Positions 48,860 to 58,659 of a DNA stretch of 64,000 nucleotides are shown piece after piece. The position numbers and the translations under genes were made by a program. The DNA comes from Spirochaetia bacterium (GTDB lineage Bacteria; Spirochaetota; Spirochaetia; DSM-16054; Sediminispirochaetaceae). The notes under the pieces are model-generated. The model had not been told where the DNA came from and made no database searches. It saw only the letters and a list, made by a program, of their open reading frames with translations. The DNA lies in the NCBI GenBank assembly GCA_034520965.1, contig JAXHMY010000009.1:32001-96000 (forward strand), read 5' to 3'. Numbering within the stretch: the stretch's first letter is position 1; every line of letters starts with the position of its first letter.

Positions 48860-49969
48860 ATGAAAAGGATTCTCTTTTTCGGACTGGTTCTCCTGGCAGT
48901 TATTTCGGCAACTTCCCTCTTTGGGGTGGATATTGAGCCGAAATACCAGGAGTACGCTCGCTCTGAGATCTTGATCAGCCCGGAACGGGCGCAGTACCTG
49001 ATGCAGAACGAGGATAATATAGTCGTTGTGGATGTGCGTGATGAGGGAGACTACGAGGCGGGACATCTTCCCGGTGCAGTCAATACATTTCGTAAAGATT
49101 ACGGCGCCCGCGGCGGCGAGTACAACTTAATGTGTATGCGAGTGGATTCTGCAAAGATTCACGAGCTTCTTGGCACCCTTGGAATCGACGGTAACAGCCG
49201 CATCATTGTCTATTCGGCTGGTTCCGGCTTCGATTCGTTTCGTTTCGCGTGGCTCGTCACTATGTACGGACACGACCGGGAGAAGGTGCATATCATCGAC
49301 GGTTTCTTTCCTGCCTGGAAAGCTGCAGGACTGCCTACTACCACCGATAAACCTTCAGTAAGCCCGGTACGCTACCAGCCCCCGGGCACGGTGGACGAGT
49401 CACGGCTTGCACTCATTGAGGATGTGGACCGGGCGCTCAAAGACCCGAATGTGATTATCCTTGATACCCGGACCCCTGCAGAGTGGTGGGGTATTGCGCA
49501 GTACGAGGGTGCGTCCCGCAAGGGCCACATTCCCGGAGCAATCCACATCAACTATGCCGAGAACTTTACCGATGAAGGCATCAAGTCCGCTGCAGAACTG
49601 CGGGCCCTCTATGAGGCGGCCGGCGTCACTCCCGACAAGGAGATTATCGCCTACTGTCAGTCCGGCATACGTTCTTCTCTGACAACCACCATTCTTGCCG
49701 ATGTACTTGGTTATCCCAACGTCAAAAACTACGACGGCTCGTGGGTAGAGTGGAGCTATGATCGCGATCGCCCTGTCACCGCGTATTTTCTTTACATTGT
49801 ATCAGCAGTATTTATCCTTGGTATAGTTGTTATCGGAGCGGCATACATTGTGAAGAGACGAAAAGGCAAGAGCAGCAAACTCCTGAAAATCGATCTGCTT
49901 GTTCTTATTATCTATGCGATTTTTCTGATGTGGTATTTTAACCTCTTCAGCTTAATCAGCGGATCATGA
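48860..49969 (+). CDS. Exported tandem-rhodanese sulfurtransferase, truncated duplicate lacking DedA domain
   Basis: GHLPGA, GHIPGA, YCQSGIR, YDGSWVEW; ends at duplication junction. Confidence 0.85.
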   Translation: MKRILFFGLVLLAVISATSLFGVDIEPKYQEYARSEILISPERAQYLMQNEDNIVVVDVRDEGDYEAGHLPGAVNTFRKDYGARGGEYNLMCMRVDSAKIHELLGTLGIDGNSRIIVYSAGSGFDSFRFAWLVTMYGHDREKVHIIDGFFPAWKAAGLPTTTDKPSVSPVRYQPPGTVDESRLALIEDVDRALKDPNVIILDTRTPAEWWGIAQYEGASRKGHIPGAIHINYAENFTDEGIKSAAELRALYEAAGVTPDKEIIAYCQSGIRSSLTTTILADVLGYPNVKNYDGSWVEWSYDRDRPVTAYFLYIVSAVFILGIVVIGAAYIVKRRKGKSSKLLKIDLLVLIIYAIFLMWYFNLFSLISGS

Positions 49970-50190
49970 AGAACCGTACCTCTGAGGTGGAGTCTGAGCA
50001 CATGGTCACTTACTGTGTGGCGTGCCGCGGGTCGATTATGATGGGCGGCAAAACTGCTCTTCATATACTTGACCTTATATTTGGCGGTCCCTGGAATTCG
50101 CAGTCTACATTTCCCGGTTCCGGCACCACGATTGAATCGTGGAAGAACCGGCGGAAGGCAAAAAAGGGACTTGAATCCGTGCTTGCTTAA
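49957..50190 (+). pseudogene. Duplicated 3' end of CCG-domain gene
   Basis: Repeats last about 75 codons of 47991-48758 with substitutions. Confidence 0.9.
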
Positions 50191-50291
50191 GGCTTTACCT
50201 ACCCGGATCTGGCTGCTTTGGGCCCCTCCGGGTGTATTTTTTATCCTGCGTTTTTTCGCAGGAAAGATTTATCATTACAGGAGTTTGAACA

Positions 50292-51980
50292 ATGAAAAGG
50301 ATTCTCTTTTTCGGACTGGTTCTCTTGGCAGTTATTTCGGCAACTTCCTTGTTTGGGGTGGATATTGAGCCGAAATACCAGGAGTACGCTCGCTCTGAGA
50401 TCTTGATCAGCCCGGAACGGGCGCAGTACCTGATGCAGAACGAGGATAATATAGTCGTTGTGGATGTGCGTGAAGAGGGAGACTACGAGGCGGGACATCT
50501 TCCCGGTGCAGTCAATACATTTCGTAAAGATTACGGCGCCCGCGGCGGCGAGTACAACTTAATGTGTATGCGAGTGGATTCTGCAAAGATTCACGAGCTT
50601 CTTGGCACCCTCGGAATCGACGGTAACAGTCGCATCATTGTCTATTCGGCTGGTTCCGGCTTCGATTCGTTTCGTTTCGCGTGGCTTGTCACCATGTACG
50701 GACACGACCGGGAGAAGGTGCATATCATCGACGGTTTCTTTCCTGCCTGGAAAGCTGCAGGACTGCCTACTACCACCGATAAACCTTCAGTAAGCCCGGT
50801 ACGCTACCAGCCCCCGGGCACGGTGGACGAGTCACGGCTTGCACTCATTGAGGATGTGGACCGGGCGCTCAAAGACCCGAACGTGATAATTCTCGACACC
50901 CGGACCCCTGCAGAGTGGTGGGGTATTGCGCAGTACGAGGGTGCGTCCCGCAAGGGCCACATTCCCGGAGCAATCCACATCAACTATGCCGAGAACTTTA
51001 CCGATGAAGGCATCAAGTCCGCTGCAGAACTGCGGGCCCTCTATGAGGCGGCCGGCGTCACTCCCGACAAGGAGATTATCGCCTACTGTCAGTCCGGCAT
51101 ACGTTCTTCTCTGACAACCACCATTCTTGCCGATGTACTTGGTTATCCCAACGTCAAAAACTACGACGGCTCGTGGGTAGAGTGGAGCTATGATCGCGAT
51201 CGCCCTGTCACCGCGTATTTTCTTTACATTGTATCAGCAGTATTTATCCTTGGTATAGTTGTTATCGGAGCGGCATACATTGTGAAGAGACGAAAAGGCA
51301 AGAGCAGCAAACTCCTGAAAATCGATCTGCTTGTTCTTATTATCTATGCGATTTTTCTGATGTGGTATTTTAACCTCTTCAGCTTGATCAGTATGGACCG
51401 TATCAATGAACTTCAGATGTGGATTGAGAGTTTCGGTTTGTTAGGCCCGGTCGTTTTTATGCTGCTCTTTATTGCGGCGTGTGTTTTCTTCCTACCCGGA
51501 GGTCCGTTTGGCATCATCGCGGGCATCATTTTCGGTCCCATTTTCGGGACAATCTGGGCTATTTTGGGAGCGACAATCGGTGCATCACTGGCTTTCCTTC
51601 TGGGACGATATGCGTTACGAGGTTTTGCGGAAAACCTGGTTGCCAAGAATCCCAAGCTCAAGAAGATAGACGACGGTGTAGAAAAAAACGGGTGGCGCAT
51701 GCTTATGATTACCCGCTTTATACCGATTTTTCCGTTTAATGTACAGAATTATGTATACGGGCTGACCAAGATCAAGTTTGTAACCTATGCCGGCCTCTCC
51801 TTCCTGTTTATGCTGCCGGGTACAATGGCGTACGTCTTTATAGCCGGCGCAGCCGTTTCCGGAGCGAATATGTCAACAATCCTGATCTACTTCGCTATCG
51901 GTGCCATCATCCTGGTTGGCCTGTCCCTGCTTCCTAAATTACTGAAAAAGAAGAGTAATGTTGAAGACATAATCGAGTAA
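50292..51980 (+). CDS. Tandem-rhodanese sulfurtransferase fused to TVP38/TMEM64 (DedA/VTT) membrane domain
   Basis: Signal peptide, YCQSGIR active loop, then GATIGASLAFLLGRY and RFIPIFPFNVQNY. Confidence 0.92.
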   Translation: MKRILFFGLVLLAVISATSLFGVDIEPKYQEYARSEILISPERAQYLMQNEDNIVVVDVREEGDYEAGHLPGAVNTFRKDYGARGGEYNLMCMRVDSAKIHELLGTLGIDGNSRIIVYSAGSGFDSFRFAWLVTMYGHDREKVHIIDGFFPAWKAAGLPTTTDKPSVSPVRYQPPGTVDESRLALIEDVDRALKDPNVIILDTRTPAEWWGIAQYEGASRKGHIPGAIHINYAENFTDEGIKSAAELRALYEAAGVTPDKEIIAYCQSGIRSSLTTTILADVLGYPNVKNYDGSWVEWSYDRDRPVTAYFLYIVSAVFILGIVVIGAAYIVKRRKGKSSKLLKIDLLVLIIYAIFLMWYFNLFSLISMDRINELQMWIESFGLLGPVVFMLLFIAACVFFLPGGPFGIIAGIIFGPIFGTIWAILGATIGASLAFLLGRYALRGFAENLVAKNPKLKKIDDGVEKNGWRMLMITRFIPIFPFNVQNYVYGLTKIKFVTYAGLSFLFMLPGTMAYVFIAGAAVSGANMSTILIYFAIGAIILVGLSLLPKLLKKKSNVEDIIE

Positions 51981-51987
51981 TTAGTTA

Positions 51988-52599
51988 TTAATTCGTTGAA
52001 TTGCCAGGGGCTTCGTTTTCGAAGCCCCTGATATTAAGGATGTAGGCGTACTGCCGGAAAAACAGTAGAAGCTTGCGCCCCCGTGCTTCCTCTAGAGAGA
52101 GCCCTATGTGCTTAAAGGTGCTTCTCCATTGAGCGTCTGTTTTGTTGGAGTGGGGGTGGCCGAAAAACTCCATGTTGAACAAACTGTCTATGAAGAACGT
52201 AAGGTATTTTTGCAAGCAATTACTATACACATCCTCTATGATGATAATTTTCCTGCACACCCGGGAAGTTTCTTTTAAGATGGCCTCAGGATCGGGGGTG
52301 TGGTGCAGGACGGTAAGCAGTAATCCGCAATCAAAATGCTTATCGGGAAAGGGAATCTGGATTCCATCATACAGTGTGGGGGCAAGACTCGGATCAAGAC
52401 TCTTGTCTTTGACATCGAGAGAAGTAACATGATATCTTTTTTCACGAAGAGCGAAGGATACCGCCCCTTTACCGGAGCCAATATCAAGGATAGTGCTTTT
52501 TTCCGGCAGGAAGCCTTCAATGTGATTGAGTTTACCCTGAGCCCATACTCTCGAGAGGTAACGGGAAAATGAGTTTAACGAAATGTTGCTGTGTTTCAT
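51988..52599 (-). CDS. Class I SAM-dependent methyltransferase
   Basis: ILDIGSGKG, IPFPDKHFD, VLHH. Confidence 0.9.
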   Translation of the reverse strand: MKHSNISLNSFSRYLSRVWAQGKLNHIEGFLPEKSTILDIGSGKGAVSFALREKRYHVTSLDVKDKSLDPSLAPTLYDGIQIPFPDKHFDCGLLLTVLHHTPDPEAILKETSRVCRKIIIIEDVYSNCLQKYLTFFIDSLFNMEFFGHPHSNKTDAQWRSTFKHIGLSLEEARGRKLLLFFRQYAYILNIRGFENEAPGNSTN

Positions 52600-52650
52600 T
52601 GCCGGTAGTATATACCAGCAGGCAGTGGATTGCATAGCGGAGGAGAGTAC

Positions 52651-53238
52651 ATGCTGGATACCTATGCCAGAAAACTGGTTCAGCCCTTATTTGAGCGCTT
52701 GGCAACGATTTGTATCCGCCTGCATCTTTCGCCTAATACTATCACCTTGATATCATTGCTGGTTGGAGTGTTTGCAGGTCTTTTTATTTACTTGAACATG
52801 CCCCTTGCAGCACTTGCATGTCTATGGTGTTCCGGGCTCCTGGATGTGCTTGATGGGACTGTTGCGCGTCGGACAGGGAAGGTTTCGGCCTTTGGAACGG
52901 TTATGGATATTACCTTTGACAGAATTGTCGAGTTATCCCTTGTGATAGGAATTGCCTGCAGGAATCCGGATATTACATTCTACCTCCTTATCCTTACTGC
53001 ATCAATCGTTATCTCAATGACCATTTTCCTTACTGTGGCTGCGGCGGCGGATAAAAGCGGAATAAAAAGTTTTTTCTATCAAGCCGGCATTGCGGAACGT
53101 TCAGAAGGGTTCATCATGTTCAGTTTGATGATCATCTTTTCACAATGGGCCGGGTTGATTACCTTAATATTCGCCGGTATGATTTTCTTTACAGCACTGC
53201 AGCGTTTTTTCGAGGCTAAAAGGCTGTTTGAAAAATGA
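52651..53238 (+). CDS. CDP-alcohol phosphatidyltransferase family (YnjF-like)
   Basis: SPNTIT, DVLDGTVAR...FGTVMDITFDR, KSFFYQAGIAERSEG. Confidence 0.92.
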   Translation: MLDTYARKLVQPLFERLATICIRLHLSPNTITLISLLVGVFAGLFIYLNMPLAALACLWCSGLLDVLDGTVARRTGKVSAFGTVMDITFDRIVELSLVIGIACRNPDITFYLLILTASIVISMTIFLTVAAAADKSGIKSFFYQAGIAERSEGFIMFSLMIIFSQWAGLITLIFAGMIFFTALQRFFEAKRLFEK

Positions 53239-54263
53239 ATCCGCAGGCCATTGTCCGGGTGAATCAGGTATACAAACAATACAATACTACTCAGGCTGTA
53301 TGCGGAGTTGATTTTGACCTGCACAGGGGAGAGCTGTTATGCATTGTCGGACCATCGGGAGCGGGAAAAACAACCTTGCTTCGTTTGTTGGCCGATCTTG
53401 AAGATGTGGATGGCGGCTACATTGTTTTTTCACAGCCGCCCTGCCGGGAACACCCTGTTGTCCTTGTGTTTCAGGATTTTTTGCTGTTTCCAAGCATGAC
53501 TGTAGAGGCAAACATTGGATTCGGATTAAAAGCACGTAAGCTTCCAAAGGCAGAAATCAAAGAACGGGTGGAACATCTCCTGGGATCCTTTGGCATTCAG
53601 GATAAAGCCATGCAGTATCCTGGACAGCTTTCCGCGGGTCAACAACAGCGGGTCGCTTTGGCCCGGGCCTTAGCGATCCGGCCGCGGATTCTCCTGTTAG
53701 ATGAGCCCTTTGCCCATCTGGATAAAACATTAAAAATGGAAACAGCACTTTTCCTTCGAAGGATGATCAGAGAGTTTCATATCACCGCCATGGCGGTAAC
53801 TCATGACCTGCAGGAGGCCTTTGCCATGAGTGATCGTATCGGTATTATGATCGATGGAAGAATGGAACAGATTGGTCCGGTAGATGAGGTATATGCGGCA
53901 CCTGCATCTTTGGAAGCAGCGAAGTTCCTTGGGCCTGTCAATCGCTTTCCCGCAGGCCTGCTCCAATCTATGGAGATAAGCAAACAACTGCAGCAAGAAA
54001 TCGATCAGGGTATCTATGGCATACCCTTTGAGCCGGAAACACCACTCTTTTGCCGAGCCGAAAGCATAACTGTATCGCCTCATTCGCAGGGCGGCGGTGT
54101 GGTAGAAGATGTTACCTTTGTCGGAATGATGGTGATGTATCATATTCGCAGCTTTTACTCCAACAAACCATACGTATTAAATGTTTTCAGTCTGGACACT
54201 ACTATCAAACCCGGTACCCGGGTTATGATACATATAACTCATATAACAGTAGAGGAGGGCTAA
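53235..54263 (+). CDS. ABC transporter ATP-binding protein (YnjD-like position)
   Basis: GPSGAGKT, LSAGQQQR, LLLDEPF, VTHD. Confidence 0.95.
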   Translation: MNPQAIVRVNQVYKQYNTTQAVCGVDFDLHRGELLCIVGPSGAGKTTLLRLLADLEDVDGGYIVFSQPPCREHPVVLVFQDFLLFPSMTVEANIGFGLKARKLPKAEIKERVEHLLGSFGIQDKAMQYPGQLSAGQQQRVALARALAIRPRILLLDEPFAHLDKTLKMETALFLRRMIREFHITAMAVTHDLQEAFAMSDRIGIMIDGRMEQIGPVDEVYAAPASLEAAKFLGPVNRFPAGLLQSMEISKQLQQEIDQGIYGIPFEPETPLFCRAESITVSPHSQGGGVVEDVTFVGMMVMYHIRSFYSNKPYVLNVFSLDTTIKPGTRVMIHITHITVEEG

Positions 54264-54265
54264 GG

Positions 54266-55492
54266 ATGATAAAACGATTTCTTACAGTCATCATGATGAT
54301 AATGGCTTCACATCTTTTTGCACTCGGTACAGCCGAGACAGCAGATTTTAACTGGCAGGATGCAAGCTGGGAAGAAATACTCGAAGAGGCAGACGGTACT
54401 GAGGTATCGTTTCACATGTGGGGCGGTGACTCAGCAATCAATGAATGGATTGAAGGCTATGTGGCTGAGGAACTTAAAAAACGTTACAACGTAACCCTCA
54501 ATATGGTGCCCATGAACGCTCTCCTCTTTGTAGACCGCTTGTTGGCCGAGAAAGAGGCTGGACGTACTGGGGGCAGCATCGATCTAATGTGGATAAATGG
54601 AGAGAACTTTAAACGAACAAAAGAAGCTGAGGCACTGCTGGGGCCATTTGCACATAAACTTCCAAATTTTAATAATTATGTCGACCCGGAAACAGCTAAA
54701 TACGACTCCGGATATCCGACCAACGGCTATGAGGTGCCTTATGGGCAGGCTCAGTTTGTGTTTGAATACGACTCTGCGGCCGACCATGGCTGGCTGCCGG
54801 AAAGCTTTGCAAGCTTGCCGCAATGGGTTCGTGAAAATCCGGGTATGTTTACCTATCCGGAGCCGAGCGATTTTACCGGTTCTGCCTTTATTCGGCAGGT
54901 ATTTATTGCAATAACTGGCGGCTCCCAGCAATATCTTGAGGGATGGGATCCTGAACTCTACGAAAAAAATGCACCGCTTCTATGGGAATATTTGAATGAT
55001 ATTGCACCCTATCTCTGGCAACGTGGAAGGAGTTATCCCCGTGAGTTGTCCGTCCTGGATTCGATGTTTGAGCGTGGTGAGGTTGCGATTAATATGAACT
55101 TCACTCAGGCGAATGCACAGTCACGTATTATTGAAGGTCGTTACCCAGAGACGGTCCGCACCTTTGTTATGGAGGAGGGTACAATTTCCAACTCCCATTT
55201 TACTGCAATTGCCTTTAATGCACCTAATCCTGCGGGAGCTCTCGTTTTGTCCAACTTACTGCTGGATCCGGCTGTGCAAGCCTCGAAGAACGATCCTGCA
55301 AACTGGGGCGATTTTACTGTATTAGATATGGAAAAGCTTAGTCCCCAGGACCGGGCCCGTTTTGATGCCATAGATTTAGGGGAAGCGACGTTGAGCCCGG
55401 ATGAATTAAAGGCCGCAGCTGTCCAGGAAATCCCTTCAGAATATCTGGAAGCGCTTCAGAATGATTGGTTCATCCACGTTCTTGAAAAATAG
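54266..55492 (+). CDS. ABC substrate-binding protein (YnjB-like)
   Basis: WGGD, IDLMWINGENF, FTYPEPSDFTGSAF motifs. Confidence 0.88.
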   Translation: MIKRFLTVIMMIMASHLFALGTAETADFNWQDASWEEILEEADGTEVSFHMWGGDSAINEWIEGYVAEELKKRYNVTLNMVPMNALLFVDRLLAEKEAGRTGGSIDLMWINGENFKRTKEAEALLGPFAHKLPNFNNYVDPETAKYDSGYPTNGYEVPYGQAQFVFEYDSAADHGWLPESFASLPQWVRENPGMFTYPEPSDFTGSAFIRQVFIAITGGSQQYLEGWDPELYEKNAPLLWEYLNDIAPYLWQRGRSYPRELSVLDSMFERGEVAINMNFTQANAQSRIIEGRYPETVRTFVMEEGTISNSHFTAIAFNAPNPAGALVLSNLLLDPAVQASKNDPANWGDFTVLDMEKLSPQDRARFDAIDLGEATLSPDELKAAAVQEIPSEYLEALQNDWFIHVLEK

Positions 55493-56357
55493 AAATTCTT
55501 TCTCCGGGAAGCGCAGCTTCTTTAAAGGGGAACTGTATAAGCTCACTCCTCTTCTTATCCCCGGGCTGATGCTTGCTGCTGGAATCCTCTATACACTGCA
55601 GCTGTCACTGCAGCCAGCAGATTTATCAGCCTATCAGGCTGCGCTTGCCCAGCCGGGATTAGTAAGAAACATCTTTTTCTCACTCTATGTCGCAGCGATA
55701 TCGACTGTGGTATCTATCGCTGCCGGGACTGCTTTGGCCTATCTCGTCTGGCGTCTGCCTTCAGCTTATGGGCGTTGGGGACAAGCCTTTCTGGTTCCGC
55801 TGGTTCTCCCGCATATTGCAGTGGGCTTTCTGGTCCTGCTGTGGTTCAGCCAAACGGGGATTCTGGCTTCGATGTTTGAACGCTTATCTGGGGTTTTCCC
55901 TCTTGCGAGTTCTTTCCAGTCTCCTCTTTTTAAAGGCAATGGCGCTGGAATCATCCTTGGGTATGTTTACAAGTCCACCCCCTTTGCCCTTCTGCTCATT
56001 ATGCCTGTACTGCGCCGAATTCCAAAAAACTATCTTCAAACCGGGCTAATGCTTGGTGCCAGTGAATTCCGCTGCTTTTATAAGATAATCCTTCCACGGT
56101 TGGTTCCAGGAATATCTGCTGCTGCCATCATTATATTTGTCTACAGTTTTGGCGCCTACGATCTTCCTTTCATTGTTGGGGAAAGTAGACCCCGTATGAT
56201 TAGCCTCTATCTGTATCGTCTCTATTTTACTCGGCCAATAGCTGAGCGCCCGACTGCTGCGGCGCTGCTGCTGCTTGTATTCTTGTGCGGGATTGCAATG
56301 GTTATGCTTTACGCCCGGGCGGTTCGTCCTGCAGAGGAGAGGGAGCGTAAACTATGA
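55461..56357 (+). CDS. ABC transporter permease
   Basis: Multi-TM with EAA-loop-like LGASEFRCFYKIILP; start uncertain. Confidence 0.88.
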   Translation: MIGSSTFLKNRNSFSGKRSFFKGELYKLTPLLIPGLMLAAGILYTLQLSLQPADLSAYQAALAQPGLVRNIFFSLYVAAISTVVSIAAGTALAYLVWRLPSAYGRWGQAFLVPLVLPHIAVGFLVLLWFSQTGILASMFERLSGVFPLASSFQSPLFKGNGAGIILGYVYKSTPFALLLIMPVLRRIPKNYLQTGLMLGASEFRCFYKIILPRLVPGISAAAIIIFVYSFGAYDLPFIVGESRPRMISLYLYRLYFTRPIAERPTAAALLLLVFLCGIAMVMLYARAVRPAEERERKL

Positions 56358-57196
56358 AACTCTCTCCTGCTACACTATTCTCCAGTAAGCAAAGAGGAAA
56401 CATAATCTTGTTTTGGCTTCTATTAATAGTAGTCATACTAGTTCCCCTCATTTTTCTGCTTATTGCATCCTTTGCTGGTACATGGCCCTTTCCCCGAATC
56501 CTGCCGGCAAGCTGGTCGTTGCGCTCATGGAAGTATGTAGCCTCCAATATGCAAGGCATTGCGCATGCCCTTGGCAGCTCTGCACTCTATTCCCTTGGAG
56601 CTGCTCTTATTACCGCACTCTTCTGTTGGCTCCCTGCCCAGTTTTTAGCCAGGCACACATTCCGTGGCCAGACGATTCTGGAGGCACTCTTGCTAACCCC
56701 CGCCTTGGTTCCCGCCATCACTTTCTCTATGGGATTGCAGGTATTATTCATCCGATTGCATCTTGCTGACTCAATAGTCGGGGTGGTTCTGATTCTCACC
56801 CTGGTTTCCTATCCCTATATGTTGCGCTCGATCAAAACCGGATACCTTGCCTATAAGGTATCCTACGATGAATGTGCCCGTAACCTCGGCATCGGTGAAC
56901 TGCAGCGCCTGTGGCATGTGGAATTGCCCCTGGTTCTACCCGCTTTTCTTTCCGGTGGAACCATAGTATTCCTTGTTGCCTTCTCCGAATATTTTCTGGT
57001 CTTTCTCATTGGGGGCGGAACCATTCCCTCCTTCCCGGGCTATCTTGTACCATTCCTGACTGGATCTGATCGTGCTGTTGCTTCTACTTTGACACTGCTT
57101 TTCCTGCTCGTTCCCTTTGCCCTTTTCCTCCTTCAGGAAATATTTTTAGAGCGCTTCTACCGCCGAAAGGGAATAACCATGACCGGAAAAAGCTGA
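56354..57196 (+). CDS. ABC transporter permease
   Basis: WPFPRILP, ECARNLG, FSEYFL. Confidence 0.9.
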   Translation: MKLSPATLFSSKQRGNIILFWLLLIVVILVPLIFLLIASFAGTWPFPRILPASWSLRSWKYVASNMQGIAHALGSSALYSLGAALITALFCWLPAQFLARHTFRGQTILEALLLTPALVPAITFSMGLQVLFIRLHLADSIVGVVLILTLVSYPYMLRSIKTGYLAYKVSYDECARNLGIGELQRLWHVELPLVLPAFLSGGTIVFLVAFSEYFLVFLIGGGTIPSFPGYLVPFLTGSDRAVASTLTLLFLLVPFALFLLQEIFLERFYRRKGITMTGKS

Positions 57197-57297
57197 ACTG
57201 AAACCGGACGGGAGGAAGCAGGTCCGCCACGATAGTAGCGGGCCTGATAGGCCGCCGCACCCCGGAGCAGCACGTTCCCGGGAGAGATGTGGAGTTA

Positions 57298-58659
57298 TCA
57301 CGATTTTCCTGAGTTCACATTCAACCATGCCGCGGCGGCCATCTGTACAGGGTCCCAGGGACTGCTCAGGGGCGGGGTGTAGCTCAAATCCAGCATAACA
57401 AACTCTGATACGCCAAGTCCCTGCTGCAGCGCTACAGCAATTATATCTATCCGCTTCGATACTTCTGCCTGCAGTGGACCGATTATCTGGCAGCCGAGAA
57501 GTCTTTGTGTATTCTTGTCAGCGGTGAAGCGGATATTCAGCTTGTGCGCCGGCGGGTAGTACTGTTTGTGATCCCAGGTCTCAAAGCTGTGCGTATACGG
57601 CTCGAATCCCGCCTCAGCCGCCTCCCTGTCATTGAGCCCGGTTCTGGCGATGACCATATCAAAAAGTTTCAACGACTGGGTTCCCAGTGTACCGGGATAT
57701 TTACTTTCCAGCCCGCAGATATTCTCCCCAATTATCCGGCCGTGTTTGTGGGCTGTGGTGCCAAGGGCTATGTAGACAGGCTGCTTTGTAATCGCATGGA
57801 GCGATTCGACGCAGTCACCGCCGGCATACACATCCTCGATATTGGTCTCCATCTTGCGGTTTACTTTTAGTGTGCCCTTGACCCCGATCTCAACGCCGAT
57901 GCTTTGACCCAGTGAGGACTCGGGGACAGCCCCGGTGGCGACCAGTATCATCTCCGCCGCAAAAGCCTTTCCGTTTCCCGTCAAGACCTCCAGACCATCG
58001 GCCTTTTCCGAAATCCTTTCTACTTTGTTTCTGGTAAAGATCTCCGCTCCGCGGTTTTCAAGGCCTGTTCGCACAATTTCAGCAAACTCTTTATCTACCG
58101 TCGGGAGTATCTGATCCAGAAACTCCAAAAGTTTCACCTTTATTCCCCGCCGTATGAGCGCTTCGGTCATCTCAAGCCCGATATACCCGCCACCGACTAT
58201 TACCGCCTCCCGGGGCGCCGTTTCTTTGATAAAACGGTCAATCCGGCGGGCCTCGTTGATCCAGCGAAGGGTAAAAACCCCCGGCAGATCCAGCCCAGGA
58301 ATGTTCGGCAGGGCTGACTTTCCTCCTGTTCCGATAACGAGTTTATCGTATCCAAGCGAGGTTTTTTCTCCTTCGGAATCGATAAAAACAACCTTTCTGG
58401 CTTTCGGGTCGATGGTTCGGACTTCAGCGCCAAGGTAGAGCTTCAATCCGGAAGCCCTGATTTCATCGGCCGTTCGGTGAGCCAGATCCTGGTAATCTGC
58501 TATCTCTCCTCCAAGAAAGAAGGGAATGCCGCAGATACTGAAATTCGGGTAGGTATTACCCGAGAGTACCGAAACATCGGCTTCGGAATCGAGTTCACAG
58601 ATCCTCAATCCTGCGGTAATACCAACATCGCTGCCGCCTATAATAAGCACTCTTTTCAT
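57298..58659 (-). CDS. CoA-disulfide reductase/NADH oxidase-family flavoprotein (paralogue of 23446-24810)
   Basis: SICGIP, GGGYIGLE, DLSYTPPLSSPWDP. Confidence 0.9.
   Translation of the reverse strand: MKRVLIIGGSDVGITAGLRICELDSEADVSVLSGNTYPNFSICGIPFFLGGEIADYQDLAHRTADEIRASGLKLYLGAEVRTIDPKARKVVFIDSEGEKTSLGYDKLVIGTGGKSALPNIPGLDLPGVFTLRWINEARRIDRFIKETAPREAVIVGGGYIGLEMTEALIRRGIKVKLLEFLDQILPTVDKEFAEIVRTGLENRGAEIFTRNKVERISEKADGLEVLTGNGKAFAAEMILVATGAVPESSLGQSIGVEIGVKGTLKVNRKMETNIEDVYAGGDCVESLHAITKQPVYIALGTTAHKHGRIIGENICGLESKYPGTLGTQSLKLFDMVIARTGLNDREAAEAGFEPYTHSFETWDHKQYYPPAHKLNIRFTADKNTQRLLGCQIIGPLQAEVSKRIDIIAVALQQGLGVSEFVMLDLSYTPPLSSPWDPVQMAAAAWLNVNSGKS

Larger units (their letters stand above)
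48525..51391 (+). repeat. 1432 bp tandem duplication
   Basis: 48525-49956 and 49957-51388 near-identical; junction at CAG. Confidence 0.95.

Noticed and set aside
51988..52599. Methyltransferase as ArsM
   Set aside because: Short, and lacks the ArsM N-terminal and GCG Cys pattern; called generic class I methyltransferase.
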